A stretch of 64,000 nt of DNA from Octopus sinensis (GCF_006345805.1 NC_042997.1:83204001-83268000); one strand, 5' to 3'. Counted from the stretch's first letter, positions 9,237 through 22,412 are shown. Notes: a model not told the origin generated them from the sequence alone. Numbers and translations are program-made.

Positions 9237-10399
9237 TGTGTGAGAGAGAGAGAGAGAGAGTGAGTGAGAGAGAGAGAGAGAATCAAATCCCAGAAGATAA
9301 AGAAAAATAAGAACGAATAAGGGATAAGTTAGTTACTTCTAGAGTTGGGTGTGTTTGAAATCTTAATAAATATGAGAAAAAGATGAGTCAGCAATGGTAG
9401 AAACTATCAAATATTCTCTCTCTCTCTCTCTCTCCCTTTCTTTATGTTACAAAGTTGCTGTTAGTTACTAATAAATATTTATCATTACAATGTATTGGTC
9501 AAACTTCAGAAGAAACATAATGACTGAGGATGCTGGCCAAATCTGTTAGGATGTTACAGAAATACTATCCCGAAGAGGTGATTGTTCTTAACTCATCACC
9601 GATACTATGTTGTGTATACGAGCGAGCAAGCAGATCTATATACTACTACTGTCAGCGTGAAAGAGTCGTGAGACTGGTTTTGTGTGTGTAGTGGTGGGAG
9701 GTGGGGTGCAAGCACTTCATATTTCTCAGTTTAGCATCAGCAGCACACAGGCCAATGGGTGACTTTAGTACAGCTCACTCTGGTGTAGATATTCAGACCT
9801 GCTTTTCTAGCAGGTAGTTATCGTGACCTCACGGTGCACTGACAACCTTAGATTTCCTTAGATGCCAAATATTAAAGCTAAGTCTACCGAACAATTCTCC
9901 CTTCTCGTCTCTAACATCTGTGGAACTCTGATCCAACTTAGATTCCACACATCACCTCTTACTGGCATGTATCCTGTTCCCCTTCGAGATGCAAATCATT
10001 CAACCTTTAACCAGAGTACATCGCCACTGGCTAAGCTGTACTCTAAAGACGGTGTCTTCGTATACGTAGATGGTTCTCTCACCACCACTTACCTCTCTCA
10101 CCTGGATATCAGCAAAAGATTTCCAGTTATTTTGGTTCAAAGTCTCCCTGCTCCCCGCTTATCTCTTCTTGCATCAAGGACATGTCTCCTTTCACTTCCC
10201 TTCGAAGTTATTGTCGATTCTAATCAAGCAGGTCTATATTCAAAGGTATTCCAGCCATGACTATCGCGTCTTTTTCCTGTCTGCTGAGAACTCGGAATAA
10301 CGTTATTCAATGTGCTTGTCTTTTAAGTGTTTATTTATTGGAGATATTACTGCTATTTTTAGCAAGTTAAGTGACTACATAGAGGTTCCCACGCCTTCG

Positions 10400-10690
10400 G
10401 AGATGTCAAACACACTCATCCTGTGCTGATGTCATCGGTGTAGTAAATGAATCTTTCCTAATTCTCAATATCCTACATGAATCAATTTCATCTCCCACAT
10501 GCTTTCCTGTCGAGCACTCAAACACCCCAGGCAGCCTTCATCTCTCGCACATCCTAACCCAATTTCAGCCAAACCATCACCGTCTCTCTCTACAGCCGTT
10601 CATGACTAACCACAAACAACACAACACAATCAAGCTTCATCAAACTAGAGAGCGGGGTGGGAAGACGCTCTGCAGAGTCCTGCATTTAAT
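10400..10690 (-). pseudogene. Highly decayed non-LTR RT fragment
   Basis: Minus strand reads FIYYTDDIS (YADD-like), preceded by a degenerate QGS-LSP-like region; multiple disruptions. Confidence 0.3.
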
Positions 10691-11341
10691 GAAATTATGA
10701 AATATAACCAATTTCGGAATATGACCACAAATTCCTTATTTATGGAAACTCGAGTAAATTTTGGCAATTTTGTATATTCAAATCCCGATCCGTATAAGAA
10801 TTTTTCTTTCTTTTCTTTTTTTTTTTTTCACCTCTAATATACTTTAAATCTGAAAAGTAATGTTTATTGCCACTTCAGCATCGCTGTTCCGTAGAAAACA
10901 AACGTTACTACCATTTTAACCCCAGGAGGACATCTCCTCCAGCTGGTTACTCTATGCAATCAGCACCCGATATTTATTGCAAGCAGGGTTTTCATCTCTT
11001 AAAGACATTTTCTAACTAGCTAATTATAAATATGGTTTGACATTTTAGTGTCCGGCCGCACCCGTCGTCACTTTTCTGTCTCCTTTCACTAAACATTCTT
11101 CTTGTTTACAGCATACAAATTCTGTTCATTAAGTCTATTTGTTCTCCTACAAATATTTTTCAGAAAATTTTCGTTAATTTCAACATTCTTGCTAATACCT
11201 AACCGCGCCCTCCTGCTCTTAGCGCAGGCTCTGTGAGGATACAAGAGAGAATTAAGAGTTCTGTGAAAATTTCGTGTCTTACTAGAGTATAATGTATCTA
11301 TGATTATGCAAACCACATATTTGTCTATGTATAAATAATTC

Positions 11342-11391
<50 letters not shown>

Positions 11392-11447
11392 TTGCTTTAA
11401 CATATTCAAGATCACCAAATATATCAAATTCTTCCTTCAGTTTTCAG

Positions 11448-11481
<34 letters not shown>

Positions 11482-11581
11482 CATACATACATACATACAT
11501 ACATACACACATACATACATAAATACATACTGACATACATACATATGTATGTATGTATATATATATATATATATATATATA

Positions 11582-11710
11582 CTCTTTTACTCTTTTACTT
11601 GTTTCAGTCATTTGACTGCGGCCATGCTGGAGCACCGCCACGCAGTGGGACTGAACCAGGAACCATGTGGTTGGTAAACAAGCTACTTACCACACAGCCA
11701 TTCCTGCGCC

Positions 11711-11712
<2 letters not shown>
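11582..11712 (-). mobile_element. tRNA-derived SINE, family B, internally deleted
   Basis: Head GGCGCAGG-ATGGCTGTGTGGT...GGTTCAGTCCCACTGCGTGG fused directly to tail GGCGGTGCTCCAGCATGGCCGCAGTCAAATGACTGAAACAAGTAAAAGAGTA. Confidence 0.85.
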
Positions 11713-11742
<30 letters not shown>

Positions 11743-11840
11743 GTTAATCCAAACATGAACAAAGAGAAAACACAACAACGCGAGGACGTGGAACAAGTAT
11801 AGTGCTGTTGGACGCTCAGGAAATGAAAGAAAGATGGAGG

Positions 11841-11875
11841 ATTTAAAGTTTCGAGTGGAGCTCTTCGTCAGAAAT
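11841..11875 (-). ncRNA. Minimal type I hammerhead (PLE-type), stem III palindrome mutated
   Basis: ATTT-CTGACGA-A-GAG-ctcca-CTC-GAAA-CT-TT-AAAT. Confidence 0.65.
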
Positions 11876-12029
11876 ATAGAAAAAAAAAGGAAAAGTCCAA
11901 GGAAGAGAAGACAGAGAAAGAAAATCGATGGAATGAAATTCATCTGACATTTTGAGATATTTCGTAAAATATATTTCAAATTTCTGCATTTTTCTTTTTG
12001 CAAACAAGTTAAATGTGAACGCAGCAAAT

Positions 12030-12362
12030 ATGTCGTTTAAACTAGAGGATTTTCTTAAGTCCCCTACTGTGAAGACAGTCGGTGCCTTGCGCTAATCAGT
12101 TTTATAGAAAGCTTTTGCTCATCTCAAACTTGAGGCCAAACCTGCTATGAGGAAATTTCAGATTTTGAAAATTGTTTTAAATCACTTCGTTGAGGAAGGA
12201 GTTTTCGGACATGATGCTTTGGAGATAGTGAAAGAACCTTCTGACCATTTGGAAGTGAAAAAGCTTGAAGTTCAATTAGAATTGAAAAGATTTGAAAAAG
12301 AAACTGAGATTAAAAAGCTTGAAATTAAAAAAGAAATTGAGCTTAAAAACCTACTATTTTGA
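12030..12362 (+). pseudogene. Ty3/Gypsy gag N-terminal fragment
   Basis: MSFKLEDFLKSPT...AMRKFQILKIVLNHFVEEGVF...LELKRFEKETEIKKLE resembles the N-terminus and coiled coil of Gypsy gag; in-frame stops upstream of 12147. Confidence 0.6.
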
Positions 12363-14430
12363 AAAGTAATAACCTCTTATCCAATCAATTTTAAATGCTA
12401 TTTGATGAGTTATTAAATAAATACCACGCCACTTTATAGACATTTAAAAATCGTCATATTGTCCGTAACATAGCCGGTTACGTGAAACTCTGAGTAACAG
12501 CTTATGGAGTTTTTTTCAGCTTTAATAAAACATATTTTACTCTAGGATTTGAGTGGTATTTTCGTCACCTTGTTTTTGGACCTATACACCGGCATGTGTG
12601 CGCACACATGCATGCATACATACATACATACATGAATACATACATACATGTTTCTGTGTGCGCACGCGCGTGTGTGTATACATATATATACACATACATG
12701 CAGACCCATATACGTATATATATATATACACACACTCCTGTGTGTGTGTGTAAACATCGTTTTGCTATTTCTCCAGAATGCTAACGAAGAATGAGAAAGC
12801 ATTAACCATTAGCTCAGTTCTCTCTTTCATTTTTCTTTCTCTCTCTTTTGTTCTCTTCTCCCTCTTCTATCCCCCTTTCTCTCTCTCCCTCTCTCCTCTC
12901 ACTAACATTCCCTTATAACGTGACAAAATGAGATAACGTTTATATCTACAGAATATATTTTAGTGGACTTTTGTAAATGTTCCAAAAACAAAAAAAAGAA
13001 ACAACAGATTGATGATATTTAGTCTCTGACCTACCAGAGAATTTCACCCACACATCAAATGCACAAATACACACTAACACATACGCATACATAACAACGT
13101 GAATGTTTATATATGAAGTCTTTTGATGCAGTATTTTATTCAGAAATACAGAAGAGAAAATATTCTGTAAAAGTAACTAAAAAAGTAAAACTATCCTTCC
13201 TCTTTTTACCAGCAAACGCACAGTATACATCAATTCCATCTACGCGTATATGTTATCAACTGTGTATTTTGTCTTTTTGTTTGTTTTAGCTTTCTTGTGT
13301 ATTTATTTGTTTTATTATTTAATATTTTATTTCTTAATTTCCGGTATGTCAATCAGCACGGAGTCTTAGTAGTTTATGAATTTTACAGATAGTGAGACCC
13401 AAGCTTTTTTGAGCTTAAACTTTAACGAATAACTATACTATAAAGGCAGGGAATATCTCTGAGTGTATGTGCAGGTCTCCGTGCGCGTGTTTGCATACGT
13501 AACGGCGCATTCCCATATATATGTATATAAATGTGTATGTGAGTGTGTGTGTCTGTGTGTGTGTGTGTGTAAGGTAAAGAATCTGAAAATGCAGGAATCT
13601 TTTAAAGCTATTTATTGACTTAACCGGCTTCAATTATTTAATAAGATTTGCAAAAGTAAAGTATGAGGCTTTGAGTATCTTCTGTGGTATCAAAAATTAG
13701 TTTACATAAATGTGTTCAAATCAAGTGATAGAGTCTTTAACAATGATAAGAAAAAGTTTGAGGCTTTGTGTATCCTCTGTGATGAGTCAAAAAATAGTTT
13801 ACATAAATTTTTTTATAATGATGAAAAGATAAAAATTAGTTTGCATAAATACATCCAAATCAAGTAATAGAATTTTTGCCATCAACCAACCACATTGTTT
13901 TTTTTTAAAAAAGAAGGCAATTTTGGACCACCATTTCAGCATAAAATAGTGGTAGCAGTCAAATTCCATCAAGATGCGAGACCCTGAAGTCAGATCTGAG
14001 AACTATAAATGGTCTGTTATTTCTCTATTCGCCTTTTTTTCAATTTAATATGCTACAAACAATTATGGTTTCTGATTACAGTGAGACTAAAACATCTACT
14101 GATTGACAAACCGGACACGTTTTATCATCTTCTCAAAGACTCTTACTTGATTTGGATATATTTATTTAAACTAATTTTTTTTTTATCTTCTTATCATGGT
14201 AAAAGAATCTATTTGCTGGTCTGAATGTTTTTATGTAAACTAGTTTTTCATTTATCACCGAGGATACACAATGTCTCATACTTTACTTTTGGAAATCTTT
14301 CTACATATATATATATATGTATGTATGTATGTATGTATGCATGTATGTATGTATGTATGTATGTATGTATGTATGTATGTATGTATGTATGTATGTATGT
14401 ATGTTTTTATGTATGTATATATATATATAT

Positions 14431-14999
14431 ATACAAAATAAGAAAATGGATGAATAGATTTCTTTCAATCATCAACTACTAGATAATACCAATTCATATA
14501 ATTTATTAACTAATTATTTAGGAACATCCAGATCAAACAGAATAATACAGAATAAAACAGTACACATCAATAAGTAAGATAATACCATAAGAACAATACA
14601 TATAAAATGGATCTTACAGCTGTTTCAGCCTGTAGATAAGAGTATCTCATTATGCTCATATTAGTCACATGTATTGAGGTAATATGCAGTTAAAAATATT
14701 GAGGTAATATGCAGTTAAAAATAAGTTAACTAATTTTTAACTGCATATTACCTCAATACATCTGACTAATTTGAGCATAATGCGATACTCTTATCTACAG
14801 GCTGAAACAGCTGTAAGATCCATTTTATATGTATTGTTCTTATGGTATTATCTTACTTATTGATGTGTACTGTTTTATTCTGTATTATTCTGTTTGATCT
14901 GGATGTTCCTAAATAATTAGTTAATAAATTATATGAATTGGTATTATCTAGTAGTTGATGATTGAAAGAAATCTATTCATCCATTTTCTTATTTTGTAT
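14431..14999. repeat. Fold-back palindrome (arms about 266 bp, 3 mismatches seen) with a central 25-bp tandem duplication; each arm holds the 3' half of an HHR
   Basis: Arms 14431-14697 and 14733-14999. GGCTGAAACAGCTGTAAGATC at 14800-14820 and mirrored at 14610-14630. Confidence 0.9.
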
Positions 15000-15174
15000 T
15001 ATGAATTTAAGGTAAAACATTTTACTTTCGCCCATATAATGCAATAAATGAATTAATTGCATTGCAATTCTTAGCATTTATGTATTAGCCTTTCTGGGTA
15101 CTTTACTGGCAGTATATTGGATAAATGATATCCCATAGTGGGTTACACTCATAACCCCTATCTCACTTTGTAAT

Positions 15175-15244
<70 letters not shown>

Positions 15245-15252
15245 ATATATAT

Positions 15253-15451
15253 CCTTTTACTTGTTTCAGCCATTTGACTGTGACTATGCTCGAGCACCGC
15301 CTTATGTCGAACAAATCGACTCCAGGTCTTATTGTTTGTAAGCCTAGTACTTATTCTATCGGACTATTTTGCCGAACCGCTAAGTTACGGGGACGTAAAC
15401 ACATCAACATCGGTTATCATTGGTGGAGGGGACAAACATAGACACACAAAT

Positions 15452-15482
<31 letters not shown>

Positions 15483-15483
15483 G

Positions 15484-15572
<89 letters not shown>

Positions 15573-15730
15573 CGACGGGTTCTTTCAATTTCCGTCTACC
15601 AGAGCCATTCACAAGGCTTTGGTTGGCCCGAGGCTTTTGCAGAAGACACCTGCCCATGGTGCCACGTAATGGGACTGAACCCGGGATCATGTGGTTAGGA
15701 AGCAAGCTTCTCAGCACACAGCTACGCCTG
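15253..15730 (-). mobile_element. tRNA-derived SINE, family B, with internal microsatellite
   Basis: Matches 21418-21798 and 34465-34810 along its length. Confidence 0.85.
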
Positions 15731-16185
15731 CACCTGTCCCATTCCTGGCGAGTTTCTTGTCCGTGCCTCCAGAGTGGAAACAATATTATCGATAGCGGCT
15801 GAAATTGCATTTGACCCTCTAGCCGATAACTGATGAAGAGTTTGTGATCTTCAGTATTTTCTGTCCGACTGTGTATTTAGTATATGTTCGTTTATTTACT
15901 ACAGGTTTTTTTTTAAAATTATATATATAGATAGGTCATATTTTCCGCTTGTTGTCTTTTAATTTAATCTTGAATATGTGTGTGTGTGTGTGCGTGCGTG
16001 TGCGCGCGTGTGTGTGTGTTTGTGTACCGTCAGTAGTTCATGTATCCGAAAACGAAGCACACTCTAAAACAGAGCAGTAATATATTTCATTCATCAGTCA
16101 TTCCCTTTTTTCCTGAGCGCCTAATAATACTTTAATTGTTTCACCTCTTTGCGTTGTTGTCTTTTTTGTTTTCTTGTTTGGATTA

Positions 16186-16228
<43 letters not shown>

Positions 16229-16352
16229 TATATATATATGCACATATATGCATGCATACACTCCCACACACACACACATGTATATATTCATACATATGTG
16301 AACATGCAATATATTTGATAAAAGAATATAGCTGTGTGTGTGAGTGTGTGTG

Positions 16353-16396
<44 letters not shown>

Positions 16397-16984
16397 GTGT
16401 GTGTGTGTGTGTGTGTGTGTGTTCGTGTGTGTGTTCGTGTAGCAACGTCAACATCGCTGGAAGTCTGCTGATGATCACTGTAAATAGCGAGACCCCCAAC
16501 ATGTAAGTATAATTCGAATATAGAAAATAAATCTCTAGTATATAGTAAAGTGAAATTCCTTCCCGAGTCATATTGACTCATAAGGTCTGGTTTCCCACTC
16601 TTCATGGCGTATAAATTCCCCACTTGGACCGGACGTCTGTCTGTCGCAGGATTACTCATTTTTGCCTGCTGAGTATTAATTTTATCCACTCTCGACGGAT
16701 ATGGAAAGTAAAAACCAGCTTTAATTACTTAACCTTCTTTTTTCTGAAGACACACACTCGATCTTCTTAGAAAAGAAAAACACATTATCTGATGTAACCC
16801 TGAAAATCGAAACTGAATTCCGATTCGTCTAACAATGTCATACTCTACGGCAGGCAAGGGCAACCTTTTACGAGAAGCGAGCCGCATGAGACAGGACTCA
16901 TCATCAAGCGAGCCGCACTACTAAAAAATGTTCTAGGTAATTTTTCGTTAGGCGTGCTATTCAGAAAGTCCCGCGGGACTTTCT

Positions 16985-17218
16985 TATTTCTTTACTGCCC
17001 ACAAGGGGCTAAACACAGAGATGACAAACAAGGACAGACAAACGGATTAAGTCGATTATATTGACCCCAGTACGTAACTGGTACTTATTTAATCGACCCC
17101 GAAAGGGATGAAAGGTAAAGTCGACCTCGGCGGAATTTGAACTCAGAACGTAACGGCAGACGAAATACGGCTACGCATTTCGCCCGGCGTGCTAACGTTT
17201 CTGCCAGCTCGCCGCTTC
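16985..17218 (-). mobile_element. Full-length tRNA-derived SINE, family A (Meta-like core), 15-bp TSD
   Basis: Box A TGGCAGAAACG, box B GAGTTCAAATTCC, core GGTCGACTTT.CCTTTCATCC...GGGGTCGAT..AATAAGTACCAG, tail TTTAGCCCCTTGTGGGCAGTAAAGAAATA. TSD CCCGCGGGACTTTCT at 16970-16984 and 17219-17233. Confidence 0.9.
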
Positions 17219-17764
17219 CCCGCGGGACTTTCTGCTCAACGATATATGATTATCCTTATAGAGAAGTGGAAGTAATTGATCATCGATCTCATTAATGGGG
17301 CCACTATATCTAAGGAATAGCAGCCAAATTTTCCTTAAATGACACATTTTACCATCTTAAAAAGAAAGATACGTTGAAAAATGTAGTCTTGAACAAAAAG
17401 GGCAGAATTGTCAAAGCTGGGGAACCTCTGATTATAGATTTGCTCATTCAAAGTCAACCTAGTCTTAAACAACAACAACAACAACAACAGAAGCATCAGC
17501 ATAGGAGATTATATGTAGGACATAGAATATACGAAAAAGAGAAAAACACCAATCAGGTGGAATGGAGTCGGCCTCCGGCTTAATAATAACAAATAAAATA
17601 TTTTATAGTTACACTAAAAAGGCGAAAGATAAAACCGATTACAGTGGGGTTTGAACTCGGGAAGTTTTGGCAACAAACTGCAATATATTCTGTGAAGAAC
17701 TCAAACCGGTATGTTACCGTTTTTGTCGCGACACAACGCAACTGACGCCTGTAACTTATAATAG

Positions 17765-17931
17765 TGGTTTCTTATATAAGCACAAGGCTAGATATTTTGG
17801 TGGGAGTGGAGTCAGTCGATTATATTGATTTCCAGTACCTTCACAAGAACTGCATTTAGCGACTCCTGAAGGATGAAAGGTAAACGTCTGCCTCGCTGGA
17901 ATTTGAATTCATGAAAGACACAGAGAGAGGG

Positions 17932-17969
<38 letters not shown>

Positions 17970-19354
17970 GAGAAAGAGAAGTTTTCTTCCGTTTCTGCCG
18001 CACAAACATCATTCTCAGTACTATAACAATTCTTTTTTTTTTGTTTTCTCTTTTTGCCATAAGGGCAATAGATGTAGGGACATTATAGGATGAACAACAA
18101 ACAGGGGATGGTGGTAGGGTAGGGGTAACAGTTTACATAGAATCGATATGAGAAAATAATTATTAATAATAATTTCTATCAAAAGTACATGACCTGAAAT
18201 TTGAGACAGAGAAGGAGGTTAGTCGATTAAATAAATTCCAGTACTTAATTGATATTTTATGCTATTGCTCCAACTCCAGAAGGGGATAAGAAAAAAAAAA
18301 CAAAGTTGACCTCAGAGGGGTTTGAACTCCATACGTATAAAGGACCGTAACGAAATATCGCAAGATATTTCTCATGCCCTTACGATTTTGCTTATCAATA
18401 ATAATATTAAAGGTTTCACGCAAGGCAGTTCAGTGATAGATTTGACAAAGTACTGGTTCATATTCCTAGCAGTTTTTAGTTACATCTGTTTACAGCAGTG
18501 ACTCTTAACCATTTTTGGGGCCTCCTTTGATTCCTATTTTATTCTACTGGACCTGCATAGCCATTCGATGTATATTAAAAGAAAATCCTACTGTATTTTT
18601 TTATAATTAAATATTATTAGGAATTTTATCCTTACATTCTAAGTTCAAATTCCGCCGAGGTCGACTTTGTATTTCATCCTTTCGGATTCGATAAAATAAG
18701 TACCAGTTACACACACACTGTGGTAATCGATTATTCTGCTCTCCCCCCAACCCACCCAAATTTCAAGCTTTATGCTTATAGTAGAAGGATTATTAGAAAT
18801 GGTATTAATAACAAAAAAATATTCTGTATATTGTAGAAATATAGGCAATTTATTGCACATAAGTTTTAACAAAATCTTATATGGAACCCCAACCTACCAC
18901 CAAGGGCCATTATGGACCCCAGTTGAAAACCAGTGGTTTATAGCATGAGTTCGATCCACTGAGTTATATTTTTCATCCGTTTTTACGTTCTGAGTTCATA
19001 TTCCACCGAGGTCGACTTTGCCTTTCATCCTTTCCGGCGGTGGTGGGTGGAAGGTCGATAAAATAAGTACCAGTTAAAAACTGTGGTCGATGTAATCGAC
19101 TTACACCCTACGCCGTAATTGCTGGCTAAGTGGCAAAATTTGAAACCAATAATATTGATAACAATAAACATACTGGTTTCAAAGTTTGGCACAAGACCAG
19201 TAATTTCGGAGAAGTGGCTAAGTCGGTTACATCAACTCCAGTGCTTGACTGGTAGTTATTTTGTTGACCCCCGAAGTCAATCTCGGCAGAATTTGAACTC
19301 AGAACATGCAGACGAACTAAATACCCCTAAGCATTTTGAATAATAATAATAATA

Positions 19355-19392
<38 letters not shown>

Positions 19393-19639
19393 GTTTCTTA
19401 CACAAGCACAAGGCCACAAATTTGGGAGAAAGGGGTTGGCTAGTTGATTAATCTGCGACCTCAGAAGGATGAAAGCAAACTTGCCCTCAGTAGGACTTAA
19501 TTCAAAACTTAAAGAACCAGAACAAATACGGCACTTTCAAATGTTATTATAAATTTTGTCTTTTTTAATATGATGAAACTATCTTGATTCATGCCTGGTA
19601 TATTTTAATAATAATAATATAATAATAATAATAATAATA

Positions 19640-19672
<33 letters not shown>

Positions 19673-19870
19673 GCCTTTCTACGAAAGGCACAAGGCCTGG
19701 AATTTGTGGAGGGGGGGACTAGTCGATTACATCGACCCCAGTGTTTCACTGGTACTTAATTTATCGACCCCGAAAGTATGAAAAGCAATATCGACATCTG
19801 CAGTATTACAACTTAGAACGTAAAGACGGACGAAAAACCGCATATTGTCCGACGTGGTAACTATTCCGTC
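17765..19870. mobile_element. Cluster of about 7 decayed family-A SINE copies in both orientations, plus a probable hAT-MITE remnant (about 18495-18935)
   Basis: Repeated GTCGAC/TTCATCCTTTCGG/AGTACCAG core; CAGTGACTCTTAACC...GTTGAAAACCAGTG ends resemble hAT MITE termini. Confidence 0.75.
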
Positions 19871-20473
19871 AGTGTGTTGCCTTAGTAGTGATAGTAGTAG
19901 CAATAATAATAATAACAATAATAATAATAACAATAATAATAATAATAAACAGCAGCAATACTAGCAATGTTGTGTTAATAAAAATAAAGTAAATAATGTG
20001 AGCAATCAAAAAGCAAAAGACAGTGAGATGAAAACAAAAGCAATCATAAGCATTCTCCATCTACTTACTTTATGAAACGATGTATAAGTTTGGAAAAGTA
20101 GGTGTGTGCGAAAGCACATAGGCATTTGTTTTGAAAAAGGAAAATAAATTTAAACCTACTTTCTTTTCTTTCTTTTTTTCTTTCTACAAACTCTTACTAA
20201 CACCCTTGGTGTTGTTATCGTTGCTTTGTTATTTTTTCCCCCACCTTTCTCTTTTTAAATTTCCTTTCCTTTTTTCCTCTCTTTTTCTCTTCCTGTCTCT
20301 GCCACTATCTTTCGTTCACACTAACTCTCACTCTCCCTCTTTTTTTTTTCTTTTTTTTACAAACTTATTGAGTTAAGATTGCGAAATAACTATGTAGGAA
20401 ATGAGAGGAGACAGATTATCAGTATTTATTGCTGTGTGTGTGTGTGTGTGTGGTGTGTGTGTGTGTGTGTGTG

Positions 20474-20506
<33 letters not shown>

Positions 20507-20704
20507 TGTGTGTGTGTTCAAATCAAAACAAGTGTTTATATATATTAACAAACAAACAAACGGAGATTGTCTTTCAATGGTTTCTTATTGTGTGTTGTCA
20601 CAGAAATTCAGCAGTGAGATACGAGACACCATGGGATGCCGGGAGTGAGGCTAGGAAAAGGGTCCTGTGAGTAGATTTAAGTAGTGGCAGTGGCGGCGGC
20701 AATG

Positions 20705-20980
20705 ATAAAGATTGATGATAGTGATGATGATGACGATGACGATGACGATGATGATGACGATGACGATGATGATGATGACAACGATGATGATGATGATGAT
20801 GATGACGATGATGATAGCGCTTGGGGTGTATAGTGGTGGTGATGATGGTGGTGGGATGATTGTGGTGATACTGCTGGTGGTAGCATTGATTTTAATGAGG
20901 GTGGAGTTGATGAGGATGGTAATGGCTGTGACGTTAATGATTATAGTGGTGGAAGTAATTGTGGTGGTGGTGGTGGTGAA
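20705..20980. repeat. (GAT)n/(GGT)n trinucleotide low-complexity tract
   Basis: Directly visible; gives poly-S/H/M/I pseudo-ORFs. Confidence 0.9.
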
Positions 20981-21417
20981 GAGTATTAAAGAATAGCTAG
21001 ACGTATGCGAAAATAATCGGTTTAAATTTACTCTTTTTCTATTTCTTTTCCGTCCCTCCCCCCACCGACTCACACACACTTCTAAATGACACACACACAC
21101 ACACACACACACTTCTAAATGACTTTCGAAACAATTGAAGACACACGCTGAAACCAGACAATCGTCGTCTCTAAACTTTGTGGTAAATAAGGGAATAGGA
21201 GGGGCCAAAAGTGGGCCACGACGACATTTGCACATGTAAGAAAAAACACTTGTACACAGACTCATCACGGGATTTCTATGATCACGCTATTTAAATATAT
21301 TTTCTTTTACGTAATAGCTTTAGCCTTCAAATATGAACCCCGAGGTAAATAACATGCACACACATACATACATACATACATACATACATACATGCATATA
21401 TAATATATATATATTTT

Positions 21418-21798
21418 TTTTTCTTTTATTTGTTTCAGTCATTTGACTGCGGCCATGCTGGAGCACCGCCTTTAGTCGAGCAAATCGACCCCAGTACTTA
21501 TTCTTTGTAAGCCTAGTACTCATTCTATCGGTCTCTTTTGCCGAACCGCTAAGTTACAGGGACGTGAACACACCAACCTCGGTTGTCAAGCGATGGTGGG
21601 AGGACAAACACACACACACACACACACATATATACGACAGGCTTCTTACAGTTTCCGTTTACCAAATCCACTCACAAGGCTTTGGTCAGCCCGAGGCTAT
21701 AGTGGAAGGCACTTGCCCAAGGTGCCACGCAGTGGGATTGAACCTGGAACCATGCGGTTGGTAAGCAAGCTACTTATCACCCAGCCACTCCTGCGCCT
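21418..21798 (-). mobile_element. Near full-length tRNA-derived SINE, family B
   Basis: Head GGCGCAGGAGTGGCTG..TG.TAAG, box B GGTTC.A.TCCC, CCTTGGGCAAG, tail GGCGGTGCTCCAGCATGGCCGCAGTCAAATGACTGAAAC. Confidence 0.9.
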
Positions 21799-21941
21799 TT
21801 ATATATATAAATGTTAAATAGCTTGGAATTGGTTCACTCTTCTTGTAAATATAGGAAAGAAAATAGGAAGAAAGAAAGAAAAAGGAAAAAAGAAAGAAAA
21901 GAAAATACTTATCAAGTATTCACCCTAAATTTGCAGTATAT

Positions 21942-22012
<71 letters not shown>

Positions 22013-22029
22013 GGAAAAGAGAGAGAGAG

Positions 22030-22112
<83 letters not shown>

Positions 22113-22176
22113 GTAGCCACATGTGAATAGTTGGCAATTTTCTTCCTTCGTCTTCCCTTGTTTTGGACTTAATTCT

Positions 22177-22211
22177 GTTTCTGAAGAAGAGCTTTGCTCG
22201 AAACGTTAAAC
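22177..22211 (+). ncRNA. Minimal type I hammerhead with palindromic ACGU stem III (dimer type), intact core
   Basis: GTTT-CTGAAGA-A-GAGC-ttt-GCTC-GAAA-CG-TT-AAAC; stems I and II pair perfectly. Confidence 0.8.
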
Positions 22212-22289
22212 CATATTTCTTTCCTTTCCTGAGCGTCTGCCAATACATTACATGTACCACGTCCTCGCGTTGTTGTTTATTTGCTTATG

Positions 22290-22352
<63 letters not shown>

Positions 22353-22412
22353 TATTGATTTGTACGTGTATTTTGTTTCATGTATATATTTATATTATGA
22401 ATGTACTTTATA

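Noticed and set aside
9560-10260. ORF 9862-10260 with VYVDGS (RNase H-like) and a minus-strand RRDKRGAG (APE-like) stretch
   Set aside because: Only isolated motif resemblances in conflicting orientations; at most a very decayed LINE.
13655-13870. Degenerate tandem repeat of about 100 bp
   Set aside because: Two to three diverged units with no spacer structure; not CRISPR-like and no assignable function.
15790-15860. GGCTGAAA...CTGATGAAG as a possible hammerhead
   Set aside because: Stems I-III cannot be formed in any permutation.
21110-21268. Minus-strand MMSLCTSVFSYMCKCRRGPLLAPP... as a first coding exon
   Set aside because: No recognisable homology, weak donor inside (GT)n, and no supporting neighbouring exon.
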